Origin: Prorocentrum cordatum
Lineage: Eukaryota
Length of the DNA stretch: 64,000 nt
Direction: 5' to 3'
Assembly: GCA_963575745.1 (NCBI GenBank)
Contig: CAUYUJ010000250.1
Location: 1 to 64,000, forward strand
Below the pieces are notes generated by a model, which saw only the letters and a list, made by a program, of their open reading frames with translations, searched no databases and was not told where the DNA came from. How positions within the stretch are numbered: the stretch's first letter is position 1; every line of letters begins with the position of its first letter. Both the position numbers and the translations under genes were made by a program. Of the stretch, positions 51,771 to 64,000 are shown in pieces.

Positions 51771-52448
51771 GGAGAACATCACGGCAAGTGGCACGAGGGA
51801 CAATATGCTAAGGTACCATTCGAGTCACCCAAGGGGAGGAGGAGGAGGAGGAGGAGGAGGAGGAAGAGGAGAAGGCTGCGGAGGCAGGAGGAGGAGGAGG
51901 AGGAGGAGGGGAGGAGGAGAAGTGAATGGAGAAGGAGGAGGAGGAGAAGGAGGAGGAGGAGGAGAGGAGAGAGGAGGAGGAGGAGGAGGAGAAGGAGGAG
52001 GAGGAGGAGGATGCGGAGGCAAGTCACACCCCGCCCACCTCGCTGCCGTCGCGGGCCTCGGAAGGGCCGAGGAGCACCATCGTCGAAATGGGTGTCTCCT
52101 CGTCACTTGCCTCCTGGCGTGCTCTTTCTACCAGCCCCCTCCCTCCTCGCTCCGCATTTGAAGGGGCCCTGGGACACACAAATAAACACACACACACACA
52201 CAAATAACTGGATCCCCCATATTTTCCTTTATTTTATGGATTTCTGTCTTCCACCCCACTTCCCATATTTTTCCATATTTTCATGGAATCGACGATTAAC
52301 TGTGTCTGTGTGTTTTTTCTCTCCTCCCCACTTTCCCAGACATCCTCCCCCCATCCTCCTCATTATCCACACCCTCCCTCTCCTCCGTCTCCTCCGATTC
52401 CTTCCTTCCGTTCTTTGAGCAGGGACCAACCGTCCCAGCATTTCTGTA

Positions 52449-52613
52449 GCCCTGCCACGAGATGCTCTTAGAACCAGGAAGTGTTCCAATAACAGAAACA
52501 ATGTTCTTGGAACATAAACCCGATGTGCTTAAACAAGACAGACTCCGCCAGGAATGCTCTAAGAACATTTCGTGGAAGCCACAAAAGGTTCTTAGAACAT
52601 CGTTTGGTAGGGC
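52449..52613. mobile_element. MITE with TA TSD
   Basis: gccctgccacgagatgctcttagaacc versus gccctaccaaacgatgttctaagaacc (rc); TA on both sides. Confidence 0.6.
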
Positions 52614-53167
52614 TATAGGCGAGCCGGGACGCTTCGCCACTGCTTGAGCTCTTCCTTCAGCCTCCTTCCTTCTGCTGCACTGCGCACGTCCCTGGCGGAC
52701 ACCCCTGATCCGCCGCGTCGTTCGCAGCAGGCACCGCGCCCGGGCGCGCTGCTGAGCGCGGGGGTGTCGGGCCCACGCCGGAGCCCGACTCCTTTCGGGA
52801 GGGTGCGGGAGGGAGGGAACAGGCAGGCCAGACTGAAGGGGAACTGGGACACACAAATAAATACACACAAAGAAAAACATCCCCCATATTTTCCCATATT
52901 TTCGGGGTTTCTGTCTTCCCCCCCACTCCCCATATTTCCTATATTTTCTGGGGAATCGCCGATTAATTGTGTCTGTGTGTTTTTTTCCCTCCTGACAGAC
53001 CCTGACACAGCGAGGAGGGCGACGAGGAGGTGGCGAGGGCTGGGGCGCCCTCTGCACGCCCCGCCGCGGGGCCGCGGGGCCGCTGGGCCAGGAGGGCACC
53101 GCCACCACCTCCCCCGGGGAGGGACGAGGAGGGCGAGAGGAGCACGGGCGGGGGGGGGGAATGACTA

Positions 53168-53329
53168 CCTACCAAACCACCCCAACCCAACCCGAAGACC
53201 CGAATTTGACCCGAATTTCGGGTTGGGGGGGGTTCGGGTTCCATGTGTTTTTTCGACGTTCCCCGACCCCCCCACTGGAAATGGAGGGCAAATTGAGGCC
53301 TTCGGGTTGGGTTGGGGTGGTCCGGTAGG
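53168..53329. mobile_element. MITE
   Basis: ~45-bp TIR cctacc..accaccccaacccaacccgaag...aatttg.ccc. Confidence 0.75.
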
Positions 53330-54039
53330 TGGTGAGGGAAGGGGGGGCGGCACCTGGCCGGCCCAGAGCCGTGAGGCCGGCCGGGGCTCGCAGGGCTCGC
53401 CTGCATGACGTGGCTCGTCGGGCAGCAGTGGCTGCCGGTGGCCCGGGCGCCGCAGCTCGCGTGGGCGCAGGCGGGGCTCTGGCGGTGGACCCGGTCCGTG
53501 GTCTGCTGGCTGCCGGCAGGCCGGCCGCGCGCCTATGTCGATGCTCGTCGGGAGCGCTTGGCGCTCTCGAGAAAAGGCAGGAGCCGTAGCGCCTGTGTGT
53601 CGGGCGTCAGGCTGGCCGGCTGTGCCGATATCGTGAGGTGCCACACGAAGATCAGAAGGTACCTCAGGGTACCTCCTGTATGGCCGTGAGCAGGCGTCTG
53701 ATACGGCGGTGTGCAACTTCCTTCCTTCTTCTTCTTCTTCTCCTCCTCATCATCCTCCTACTCCTCCTCGTCCTCCTCCTCCTCCTCCACCTCCTCCTCC
53801 TCCTCCTCCTCCTCCTCCTCCTCCTCCTTACCATTATCATCATCCTCAGCGGGCGGGGGGGTGCAGGAGGCGGACAAGGAGGCACCTCGTTGACGAAGCT
53901 AGCGCCGTCCAGCGAGATGTCCGTCAGCTTCCTGTCCAGAGTAGCCCGTTCGATACTGCTCCCTCATCTCCCTCATCCCCCTCTCCCTCCCCCACTCTTC
54001 GTCGAAAAACCCTATTCCTTCCACGTCCTCCACATCCTC

Positions 54040-54474
54040 ATTCTCGTCCTCATCCTCAGTATCATCATCACCATCATCATCAGCACCATCATCGTCATAA
54101 TCAGAAGCATCATCATCATCATCATCATCAACAACAGCATCCGCAAAATCATCATCATCATGATCATATCCTTATCCTCATCATCCCCCTCCTCCTCCTC
54201 CTCATCTTCATCTTCATCAGAAGTATCATCATCAGCATCATCATCGTCGTCATCATCGTCCTCAGTATTACCATCACGCTCACCATCATCATCAGCAGCA
54301 GCATCAGCATCATCATCAGCAGCATCATGATCATCATCAGCATCATCATTACCATCATCGTCATCATCAGCATCATTATAAACAGCAGCAGCATCAGCAT
54401 CGGCATCAGCAAAATCAGCATCATCATCAAAAGTTGTTCACATTATCATTCATCGTCATCATCATCATCAGCAG

Positions 54475-54531
<57 letters not shown>

Positions 54532-54995
54532 GGTCATCATCATCATCATCATTATCAGCAGCATCATCAACCTCATCTTCCTCATTATTATCACCATCAT
54601 CCTAATAGTACTCGTCATCATGGTCATCATCATCAGCAGCAGCATCATCGTCATCAGAATAATACTCATAATCATCAGCAGCAGCAGCAGCAGCAGCAGC
54701 ATCGTGTTCATCATCGTCAACATTACCACCATCATCATCACCATCACCCTAGTAATCATCATTATCAGCAGCAGCATCATCATTGGCACCATTGGCATCA
54801 CCATCATCATGATCATAATCATCATCAGCAGCAGCATTATCATCATCACCATCATCACAATCACAATCATCAGCATCCTCATAATCATCATCATAATCAG
54901 CATCATCATCAGTATTACCATCACGCTCATCATTGCAATCGTCGACAACATCATCATTGTCAACGTCATCATCGTCATCATCACGCTTATCATCC
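54040..54995 (+). repeat. degenerate (ATC)n tract (others at 17263-17720, 26935-27115, 34550-34875, 35715-35915, 43410-43820)
   Basis: Read directly from the sequence. Confidence 0.95.
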
Positions 54996-54998
54996 CCT

Positions 54999-55052
54999 CT
55001 GCGGCCATTCTGGCTCAGGTCGGCTCTGCTCAAGACCGCACGCTGGCTCGAG
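54999..55052 (+). other. relict dinoflagellate spliced leader(s)
   Basis: ctgcggccattctggctcagg matches CCGTAGCCATTTTGGCTCAAG at 16/21 positions, with transitions only; followed by gctcaag and tggctcgag. Confidence 0.65.
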
Positions 55053-55756
55053 ACAAGCCTAGGGATAACTCGTGCGCCACCCTCCATCGGTGAGGCAGGC
55101 AGACTCAGCCAGGACCGAGCCAAGGAAGTTCGAAACGTGATGTGCGTCGGATCGGGCCGCATGGGCGGAATCGAACCAGATCGGCCGCGCCAGGATGCGC
55201 AGCTGCACCATGCGAGCGCCGACCCCAAGTCGGAATCGGTGGTCACCCCGCAAAAGAATGCAGAGACGGAGGAGGAGGAGGAGGAGGAGGAGGAGGAGGA
55301 CGAAGAAGGGAAGGAACGGAGGACTGAAAAGGTTCACCCCGAAGCCCCGAAAACCAAACCGAAAACGAAAAACGCAGGGTGCCTTTGTGCCCCCCCGTCC
55401 CATTGGGCTCTTTTTCCTCTTGCTGGTTCTGCTGCTGATCCTCCTCCTCCTCGAGGCGGTGAAGGAAAATGTGATGGAGGGCAGGAGGATGAGAATAAGA
55501 TGAGGACGAGGATGAGTAGAGGAGGAAATAAAGATGACGTATGAGGACGGGGGTGGAGGATTGGGGACGAAATTACGGAGTTTGGCATCCTGCAATCCTC
55601 GGGGCGCCGGGAGCGGATCGGACCGGGCCGGCCAGAAAACCGAGGTCAAAGCGGCATCGAGCCGATGTCGGCCCAGGCCCCGCGAGAGGCGGGCCGCGGC
55701 CAATAGCCAGCGGCGCGCGGCGGGCCCGCCGGCGGGCGGGGAGCCCCGGCCCAGCG

Positions 55757-55946
55757 TTAAGTCGAGCGTGTCCCCCTACAGGGGGATTTTCGACGAAAAA
55801 TAAAAAAAATACCCCAAAAAATAATCAAAAAATAATCCGAAAATCGTCGGGGGACTATTATGTTTTGACCTTTTTGGGGCATTTTTGGGGGGTATTTTTT
55901 TATTTTTCGTTGAAAATCCCCCTGTAGGGGGACAGGCCCGACTTAA
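55757..55946. mobile_element. MITE with TTAAG termini and 8-bp TSD
   Basis: ~58-bp TIR ttaagtcg...tgtccccctacagggggattttc.acgaaaaataaaaaaa(a)tacccc; GCCCAGCG at 55749-56 and 55947-54. Confidence 0.85.
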
Positions 55947-56284
55947 GCCCAGCGCCCCATGCGCGAGGTGAGGAGGGAGCCTGTTATTCTTAGATTCCGG
56001 CACAGCTACTTGCATGGCGTTCGCCACACACACACACACACCCCTCGCCCCTCTTCAGACGAATGCTGGCGTGCAAGCGCCTTTCGACTTGCGTGGCTTC
56101 CGCACGTGCAGGCCGTTTGCGGCTTACTTGTTGGGAGCCCACAGAGGACGTACGCGCCCAGCTATGTACATGAACACGGCCCCTCGATCTGCGAGACTGG
56201 CCGCGTGATGCGAACAGTTGCGCAATGCGCACTCTCGAAACCAGCGTGGACTCCTGTACATGTACTTCCCTCTTGGGCTCCTGT

Positions 56285-56490
56285 CATAGGGGAACAACAA
56301 ATGACATAAACATAAAAACTCCGAGGTCCGCGCGGATTTTTTTTTGGATCGGCGCTGGACCCCCCTCCCTGGCGCGCGGAGCGCGCCAAGGGCGGCGCCG
56401 GAGGCGCCGCCGGGGGGCCCCAGCGCCGATGCGAGAAATCCGCGCGGACCTCCGAGTTTTTGTGTTTATGCCACTTGTTGCTCCCCTCTG
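56285..56490. mobile_element. fold-back MITE; decayed relative at ~59298-59440
   Basis: ~70-bp TIR agggga.caacaa.tg.cataaaca.aaaaactc.gaggtccgcgcggattt...atcggcgctgg. Confidence 0.8.
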
Positions 56491-57081
56491 TCAGGCTCAA
56501 GCACCCCCCCCGTCCGTGCAGGCAAGCTTGCCGGGGCCGAGCCGACGAAAACAGGCTCGTTGGGCGGCTCGCCGAGGCGCCGTGCCGGCGGCGAAGCGGC
56601 CGTGGCTCCGGGCGGGAGCGGCGACGCGCCTCCGCGGCCCGCTGCGGGGGCGGGGGCCGGTGCTCCCGCAGAGGGCACGCACGGCTTATAAGGGGTCCTG
56701 CCCGGCGGGCTCCAGGGGCGCCAGGGGCACGGCGCGATCGCGAGCGGCGGTCCTGGACACGCTCGCGTCATGAAGAGAGCCGGGCGGTGGGCTTTTGGCC
56801 GCGCGCGGCCTCCAGGAGCCCTCCCCGGGGCGCCAGAAGTCGAAGCAGGCCCTGGGGATGGGGCCCGGAGTTCTGGGGACCCACCGCTGGTAAAGATGAA
56901 GACGCCACGCGCCCGGGGCGTCGACAGGTTGGGCTTCGCGGGGTGCCCCACGGCTCTGCGGGCCCATCGGAGGATCCGAAGTCGTGGTACTGAGCACAGG
57001 GAGGAAGGGGAGGAGGACACGGAGCAGAAGCAGGAGCAGGAGGAGCAGCAGCGGAGGGGGAAAAAGGAGGAGGACGACGAC

Positions 57082-57115
<34 letters not shown>

Positions 57116-58271
57116 ACCCCCCGACCTCCCCTTAGGCGCATTCGGACCGGCATTTCAAGGGAAATCCAACCAGAGCGTGAAAAAACACGCCCGAAGACAT
57201 CCGACCTCCAGCGCAGAACGGTCGACGACGACCACGAACACGACGACGGCAGCCGCGACGGCGACGACGGCGAGGGCGAGGGCGAGGCGAAGCGCGACGG
57301 CGGCAGCGAGGCGGAGGGCGACGGCAGCCGCGGGACCTTCCGATGCCGCCGGCAAACGCCTGCGCCCCTGCCGCCCTGCCGAACCCGTCCGTCCTGTGGG
57401 CGCGCGTTGGTGGGGGGAGGTGGCCGCGCAGCGAGGCCGAAGGGCCCAAACTTCCCTGGACCTCCTCGCGTGGCCAGCAGAAAATGCAGCCGAGGTTGAC
57501 TGAAGATAACACGCGAGAGGACACAAGGCCCTTCCGAGGGCCACGTTGCCACAAGAATGTAGAAGGCGTTGGTGGCGAAACATAGGACACAAGGGTGCCC
57601 TTGGATTTGGCAGGGTCGACCTACAAATCAGCCTCGACTGTACCGACGGACGGTTCCTCAGCGTTTTTGGCCGCGGGGGGCCCTCGTCAGTCCCCTGGAC
57701 CGTCGTCGGAGGTCTGGGGGCTACGGCGCGGGGAACGGAAAGCTCTTGTCGCAGCGACGCGAGCGGACAATGAGGCGATATAGAACTTGCCGGGCCGCGG
57801 CCGAGTCGACTGCGCACCAGGCAGGGAGGAAAGCAGAGGCCGGCCGCAGAGGAAGGCAAGAGGGGGGAAGAGGCACGCTCAGAACATGGGTGCAAAACCT
57901 GGCGGCGGCCAGCCTGTCGAAGCTCTGGGCCCTCGGCGGCCCGCTTCGAGCCCTGGGGCCGCCAACAAAAAAAACGCCAGGGGCGGAAGACGGGTGCCTG
58001 GGCCCCCAACGTCGTGTTTTTTTCACAGGGTCCACCCCCACAGGTCTCGACCCCTTCCCCGGGGACCCGTTTCTCATCATGAATCATTTGTTGAACGGTC
58101 CCCAGGACCGGAAAGGGCCCCCAGAGGCCGAAAACAACGAGAAACCTCCTGTCGCGATTTGTTTCACAGCGCGACTGGGTCTGGGTCTGGGGGAATCGGG
58201 GCCCCTGGGGGCCCGGCACCAAATGCGCCAAGGCCCATGGCGGTTTACGGAGGTCTCGGGAGGTCTCCCCT

Positions 58272-58392
58272 TCTCCTCCTCCTCATCCTCCTCCTCCTCC
58301 TCCTCCTCCTCCTCCTCCTCCTCCTCCTCCCTCCTCGTCCTCCTCTCTCCTCCTCCTCCTCCTCCTCCTCCTCCTCCCTCCTCTCCTCCTCC

Positions 58393-58433
<41 letters not shown>

Positions 58434-59120
58434 CTGCTGCTGCTCCTCCTCCTCCTCCTCCTCCTCCTCCTCCTCCTACCTCCTCCTCCTCCTCCGCCTC
58501 CTCCTCCTCCTCCTCCTCCTCCTCCCTCCTCCTCCTCCTCTCCTCCTCCTCCTCCTCCTCCCCTCCTCCTCCTCCTCTCCTCCTCCTCCTCCTCCTCCTC
58601 CTCCTCCTCCTCCTCCTCCTCCTCCTCCTCCTCCTCCTCCTCCTCCTCCTCCTCCGCCTCCTCCTCCTCCTCCTCCTCCTCCTCCTCCTCCTCCTCCTCC
58701 TCCTCCTCCTCCTCCTCCTCCTCCTCCTCCCTCTCACTCCTCCTCCTCCCCTCCTCCTCCTCCTCCTCCTCCTCCGCCCCCTCCTCCTCCTCCTCCTCCT
58801 CCTCCTCCTCCTCCTCCTCCCTCCTCCTCCTCCTCCTCCTCCTCCTCCTCCTCCTCTCTCCTCCTCCTCCCTCCTCCTCCTCCTCCTCCTCCTTCCTCCT
58901 CCTCCTCCTCCTCCTCCTCCTCCTCCTCCTCCTCCTCCTCCTCCTCCTCCGCCCTCCTCCTCCTCCTCCTCCTCCTCCTCCCTCCTCCTCCTCCTCCTCC
59001 TCCTCCCCCTCCTCCTCCTCCTCCTCCTCCTCCTCCTCCTCCTCCTCCTCCTCCTCCTCCTCCTCCCCTCCCCTCCTCCTCCTCCTCCTCCTCCTCCTCC
59101 TCCTCCTCCTCCTCCCCCTC
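58272..59120 (+). repeat. (CCT)n tract, ~850 bp (others at 1817-1990, 21048-21143, 51835-52020, 53720-53830)
   Basis: Read directly from the sequence. Confidence 0.99.
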
Positions 59121-59839
59121 CTCTGGAGGATCCCGAAAGACCCCAGGGGCCCTCTGGAGGCCTCCGGCGGCCTCCAGAACAACCAAGAGGAGGCCCGGCA
59201 CGCCTCGATCCTCGAAGACCGACGAGGAGACGGGGCGAGTCAACTCCGACAGCGCCGCGCAAGGAAGGCCACATCTCAGGCACACACTAACATGGATTTC
59301 ATAGGGGAACAAAAAAACGCCATCAACATAATGTTTTGGCGCTCCTCGTGAATTTCTTGGAGCTGCGCTGGGACCCCCCTGCGCCGCCTCCGGCGCCGTC
59401 CCTGGCGTGCTCCGGGTCCAGCGCAAATCCGAGAAATGTATTTCTTGATCGCGAGCGACGCAAAAAGTTGCGCGCCGTCTAAGAAGTCGTGAAGCGGAAA
59501 AATGGTCGGGCCACTACGCGGATAGCGCAAGTGAAGCGAGGACAGAAAGGGGCGAAAGAGAAAGAACAAGGAGAACGAAGACAAGCACAAAGACCGAAGA
59601 CAGGACGAAACAAGAGACAGAGAAACGGACAGGAAGAGAAGGCAGACACAAGAGCGAGGGGGAAGAACAAGGGCGAAGCAAAGAGAAGACACGACAGAGA
59701 GGAAGGAAACAAGCCGCAGCTCAGACTCAGGCCAAGAAGAGCCACCTCTTGTAGTAAGGGCGGCGTACCCAAACCAATGCACACAACTGGGATGTCGCAG
59801 AGTGGCCACCGGCACGGGAAGAGCGCAAGCGTAGAACAC

Positions 59840-62800
59840 GCCGTCATCCATCAATCAAGCCATCTCCTGGGCCTAGGGGGTTGTAAACGTAGAACCCGCC
59901 GTCATCCACCAATCGAGCCATCTCCAGGGCCGTGAAAGGGGGGTTGTATGGCCTGAGACCTGCAGATCACTGCAGGGTGTAGCGTCTCTCGCCCTAAGCA
60001 ACCGTCGGTCGTGTTAGGGAACGGTCGTTGTTCTATTGAGGTAAGGGTAATGTCCGAAGGTTGATACGGGACCGTTCCGCCTGAGACTTGGCGGATGTCG
60101 GCCGCAGGGCGGAGGGGGGTCGCTCCGTCTGCGGCGTACTGGTTCTCTGGTAGGGCGCAGCTAAAACCCGCAGAATGAATGGGATTGGGTGAGCCTGAGA
60201 CATCTTGCTGCGATGGTACTGGGCAACCTGAGTCACCACGCTGCTCAGTCGGAATCCAAACGTGGGCCGCAGGACGGAGGGGGGGCACTCCGCCTGCAGG
60301 CTGTCCGTTTTCTGGTAGGGTGCAGCTAACAGCCGCAGAATGATTGAAATTGGGTTCGCCTGAGACGTGTTAATGCACTGGCACTGGACCACCTGAGTCG
60401 CCACGATGCTCAGCTGGACTCCACATGTCAGCCGCAGGACGGAGGGGGGACACTCCGTCTGCAGGCTGAAGGTTCTCTGGCAGGGTGCCGCTAACTGCCG
60501 CGGAATGATTGGGATTGCGAACAGCCGCGGGGAAGGGAAGAGCTCGCGATTGCACCGCATGAGACGGCCTGGTGCTCTGGTAGGGTGCAGCTAGCAGCCG
60601 CGGGAGTGCGGGAAGAAATGCATTCGCCTGAGACATACTGGGTGACCAGCCCAGGCCCGCTGGGCAAGCAGCCTCAGGGCGGGGGGCGCGCCGCCTGAGA
60701 CCTGCAGCTCAGCCCAGGCGCGCCGGGCGAGCGGCATCAGGCGACGGGGGATTACATCGCCTGAGACCTGCAGCTCACTGGGGGGGTAGATATTAGCAAA
60801 CGCTGCAGGAGGCTGGTCATGAACAAAAGCTACGCGCGGGGGGGTGTCGACGCACGGCGGGGCTGCAGCTAACAGCCGCAAGAAAAGGAGAGAAGGTTTT
60901 ACCTGAGACGCCCCCAGCGGTCGGAGGGTGAATAACCGCAGAGCGAAGGGGGGTAGCTTCGCCCGCGGTGTGCAGACTATCTGGTAGGGTGCAGCAGACA
61001 GCCGCGGAACGCAACGCATTGGCAACGTAGGAGACTGCCCGGTGCTCTGGTAGGGTGCAGCTAACAGCCGCAGGAAGGAAAAACCGCTTTCGCCTGAGAC
61101 ATGCTGGCGATCTGCCTGGGAGCGGCAAACGGGGGGGTCGCCGAGTGCCGCCCCGAAACACTGGGAGCCAAGGTGGGGGAAGATGGAGTTGTAATACTGG
61201 CCACGCCCAAGAAGGTCGACGTGCTGCTGATGCCACTCGCACTGGCCGTCGAAGACCACGCCCCGAAGGCGTGGCACGGAAAGAACTGTCGAAATGTCAC
61301 CGTCATGCCACTGCTCTCCTTGTGCTGGCCGGACGGGGCTGCTCGACTGTGTCGCACGCGAAGTCGTACTGGTCGACATTGCGCTGTCCGGCTCGACAAC
61401 GCCCGCGCTAGAGCACGATGCTGACGTGGAGCTCGCCGTGGAAGTGGCCGTGGGCATTGCCCTGTCCGAGACCGCACAGGTCGTGACCATGCAGCTCGAG
61501 GTCGCTCTGTTGGTCATCCGAGACGTACTGCGATACAACGAGCACTGGGAGTCAAGCTGCGGACATGGCAGTTGTGCTGTTGACCCCGCTCGAGCTAACC
61601 GTCGCGCTGATGGTGCCGCTCGAACGGGCCGTCGGAGAACGCGCCTCGGCCACCATGTTACTCGAACCTGCCGTATCCATCAGCGACGTGCCACTGCCCA
61701 CCGTAGTGCTGCCGCGACGTAGTGCGGTACAACTTTGTTTCGCTCGTACCGCGCTACTCGAGGTTGCGCAACTCGTTTCGACCCAGCACGCGCTGCTGCT
61801 TAATGAGGACGTGGAGCCCACAGATGAAGTGGCCGTGGGCGCCACTCTGCTCGAAACCGCACTGGTCTCGACCGCGCTGCCGGGGGTCGCACCGAGATCA
61901 CATGTGACGTACTGCAGGACAACTGGGCACTGGAAGTCCAGGTGGTGAACTACGCAATTATGCAGCTGGCCACGCTCGGGCTCGCCGTCTTTCTGCTGGA
62001 GCCGCCCGTACACGCCGTCGGAGGAGTCACATCGGTCACCGTGGTATCAAATGACCCTCACGTGTCCGTCAGCGTCGTGTCGCGGCACACCTAGGTGCTG
62101 ACCGGCGTGGTGCTGCTCGATAGTGTCGCAATCGGGGTCGTGCAGCTCGCAGCTGCGCTGCTCGTCGCGACCACGCTCGCGCGGCTGCTCATGCAGCCGT
62201 GAAAGTGGCCGTGGACGTCGCGCTGCTCGGGATCGCACTGATCGCGACCGTGCTGCACGAGGTCGCACTGCTGGTCAGCTGAGGCGCACTGCGAGACAAC
62301 AGTGCACTGGGGGTCGAGGTGGTGGACGATGCAATTGTGTTGCAGGTCGCGCACGGGCTAATCGTCGTGCCGCTGGTGCCGCTCGGGTAGGCAGACGACC
62401 CCTGGTGCCGCTCGTGCTGGCCGTCGAGGACTCGCCCCGGCTAGCGTGGTATGAATGACCTTGTCGTATCCGTCGGCATCGTGCCACTGCTCACCGTGGT
62501 GCTGGCCGGGCGGTACTGCTCGACTGCGTCGCACTCGAAGTCGTACTGCTCGACGTTGCGCTGCCCACCTCGTCCAAGCTCACGCTGCGGCTGCATGGCC
62601 ACGTGGCGCTCACCGTGGAAGTGGCCGTGGACGTCCTACTGGACGAGACCGTACTGGTCGTGACCGTGCAGCTCGAGGTCGCTCTGCCGGTCATGTGATA
62701 CGTACTGCCAGAAAGCGATGCACTGGAGGTCAGGCTGCGGACAATGCAGTTGCGTTGCAGGATGCGCTCGAGCACGGGATGCGCTCAAGCACGCCGCCGT

Positions 62801-63900
62801 GCTGCTGGTGCCGCTCGTACTGGCCATAGTGGAGCGCGTCTCGTTCAGGGTGGGATTGAATGACCCTGTCGTATCCGCGGGCGTCGTGCCGCAGTACACC
62901 GTAGTGTTGGCCCGCGCGGTGCTGCTCGACTGCGTCGCACTTGACCCGTACTCTTCGACGTTGCGTTGCACGTCTAGACTCCGCTCACGCTGCTGCTGCG
63001 TGCCAAAGTGGAGCCGCCGTGGAGGTGGCTGTGGACGTCCATGCTCGAGGCCGCACGGACCGTGACCGTGTTGCTCAATGTGCTGCTGGTCACGCTCGAG
63101 CGTTGACCCGCCCAGGCCCGCTGGGCACGCAGCCTCCGGGCGGGGGGGGCGCGCCGCCTGAGACCTGCAGCTCACGGGGGGAGTGTAGCGAACAGCCGAG
63201 GGCAGCCCGGCGCTCTAACAACCGCAGGAGTCTGGAACGAGCCGTCATCCATCAATCAGGCCATCTCCAGAGACGTGGAAGGGGGGCAGTGTCGCCTGGG
63301 ACCTGCAGCTCACTGGGGGCGTAGCATACAGAGTGCTCGCGGTTGCACCGCACGAGACAGCCCGGTGCTCTGGTAGGGCGCAACTAACAGCCGCAGGAGC
63401 ATGGGAAGGAAGAGAGGCATTCGCCTGAGACATACTGGGCGACCAGCACAGGCCCGGTGGGCAAGCAGCCCCAGGGCGGGGGTTCGCCGCCTGAGACCTG
63501 CAGCCCAGCCCAGGCACGCCGGGCGAGCGGCCTCAGGGAACGATGGCACCGCATGAGAATGCCAGCATCTCTCTGGTAGGGTGCAGCTAACAGCCGCGGG
63601 ATGGGGGAAAAGATGCATTCGCCTGAGACATACTGGAAGTTGGCCTGGGAGCGGCAAACGGGGGGGTAGCCGATTGCCGCCCACGACCAAGAGGGGAGTG
63701 GCAGCCAACGCTGCAGGATGCTGGTTATGAACAAGAGTTTTGCCAGGATGGTGTCGACGCCCTGCGGGGTTGCAGCTACCAGCCGCACGAATAGGAGAGA
63801 AGGTTTCACCTGAGACATCCCCTTCGGTCGCAGTGCCATTAGCCGCAGAGCGAAGGGGGGTAGCTTCGCCTGCGGTGTGCTGATTCTCAGGTAGGGCGCT
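59840..63900 (+). repeat. complex repeat region: recurrent ctggtagggtgcagctaacagccgc and cgcctgagac motifs flanking ~400-bp Ser/Thr-coding-like units (61190-63100)
   Basis: The motif occurs at ~60145, 60311, 60475, 60575, 60860, 60979, 61045, 63367, 63570, 63766. Internal units share gtgccgctcg.actggcc, gctcgactg.gtcgcac and gaagtggccgtgg. Confidence 0.8.
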
Positions 63901-64000
63901 GACGGCTCGCCGACGCCGTCGACACGGGAGTGGAGGCAGACGGCCGCGCCTTCGACGTCAAGAGGCCGACCTCGCCCGAGAGCACTCCCACCCTACAAAA

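Noticed and set aside
55757..55946. piggyBac MITE with TTAA TSD
   Set aside because: It lacks CCY termini, and a perfect 8-bp duplication lies outside the TTAA.
60145..61072. CRISPR-like repeat-spacer array
   Set aside because: Spacing is irregular (about 65-285 bp), the spacers are related to each other, and the context is eukaryotic.

Overview
Eukaryotic, GC-rich, repeat-dense DNA. It is most likely a dinoflagellate nuclear genome (Prorocentrum-like), inferred from spliced-leader (SL) relics, AG|GC splice donors, DNMT-carrying Copia sequence and very large degenerate trinucleotide tracts. The only recognisable host gene is a minus-strand RluA-family pseudouridine synthase with N-terminal helical repeats: main exon ~3666/3678-2213, a separate C-terminal exon near 600-380, and candidate upstream exons near 15.3-15.8 kb. 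The rest is mostly decayed mobile DNA. (i) A ~10.8 kb Copia LTR retrotransposon (3960-14725, minus) with a cytosine-methyltransferase-like domain, an extra membrane-protein-like 5' ORF and an SL-like motif in its terminal repeats. (ii) A second Copia relic (~37.2-42.9 kb). (iii) Two RTE-like LINE 3' fragments. (iv) A tyrosine-recombinase relic. (v) About nine non-coding inverted-repeat (MITE-like) elements, two with unusual TT...AA ends. (vi) Many satellites and microsatellites. Most ORFs in the six-frame track are spurious products of repeats and high GC. All alignments were made by eye and coordinates of decayed features are approximate.
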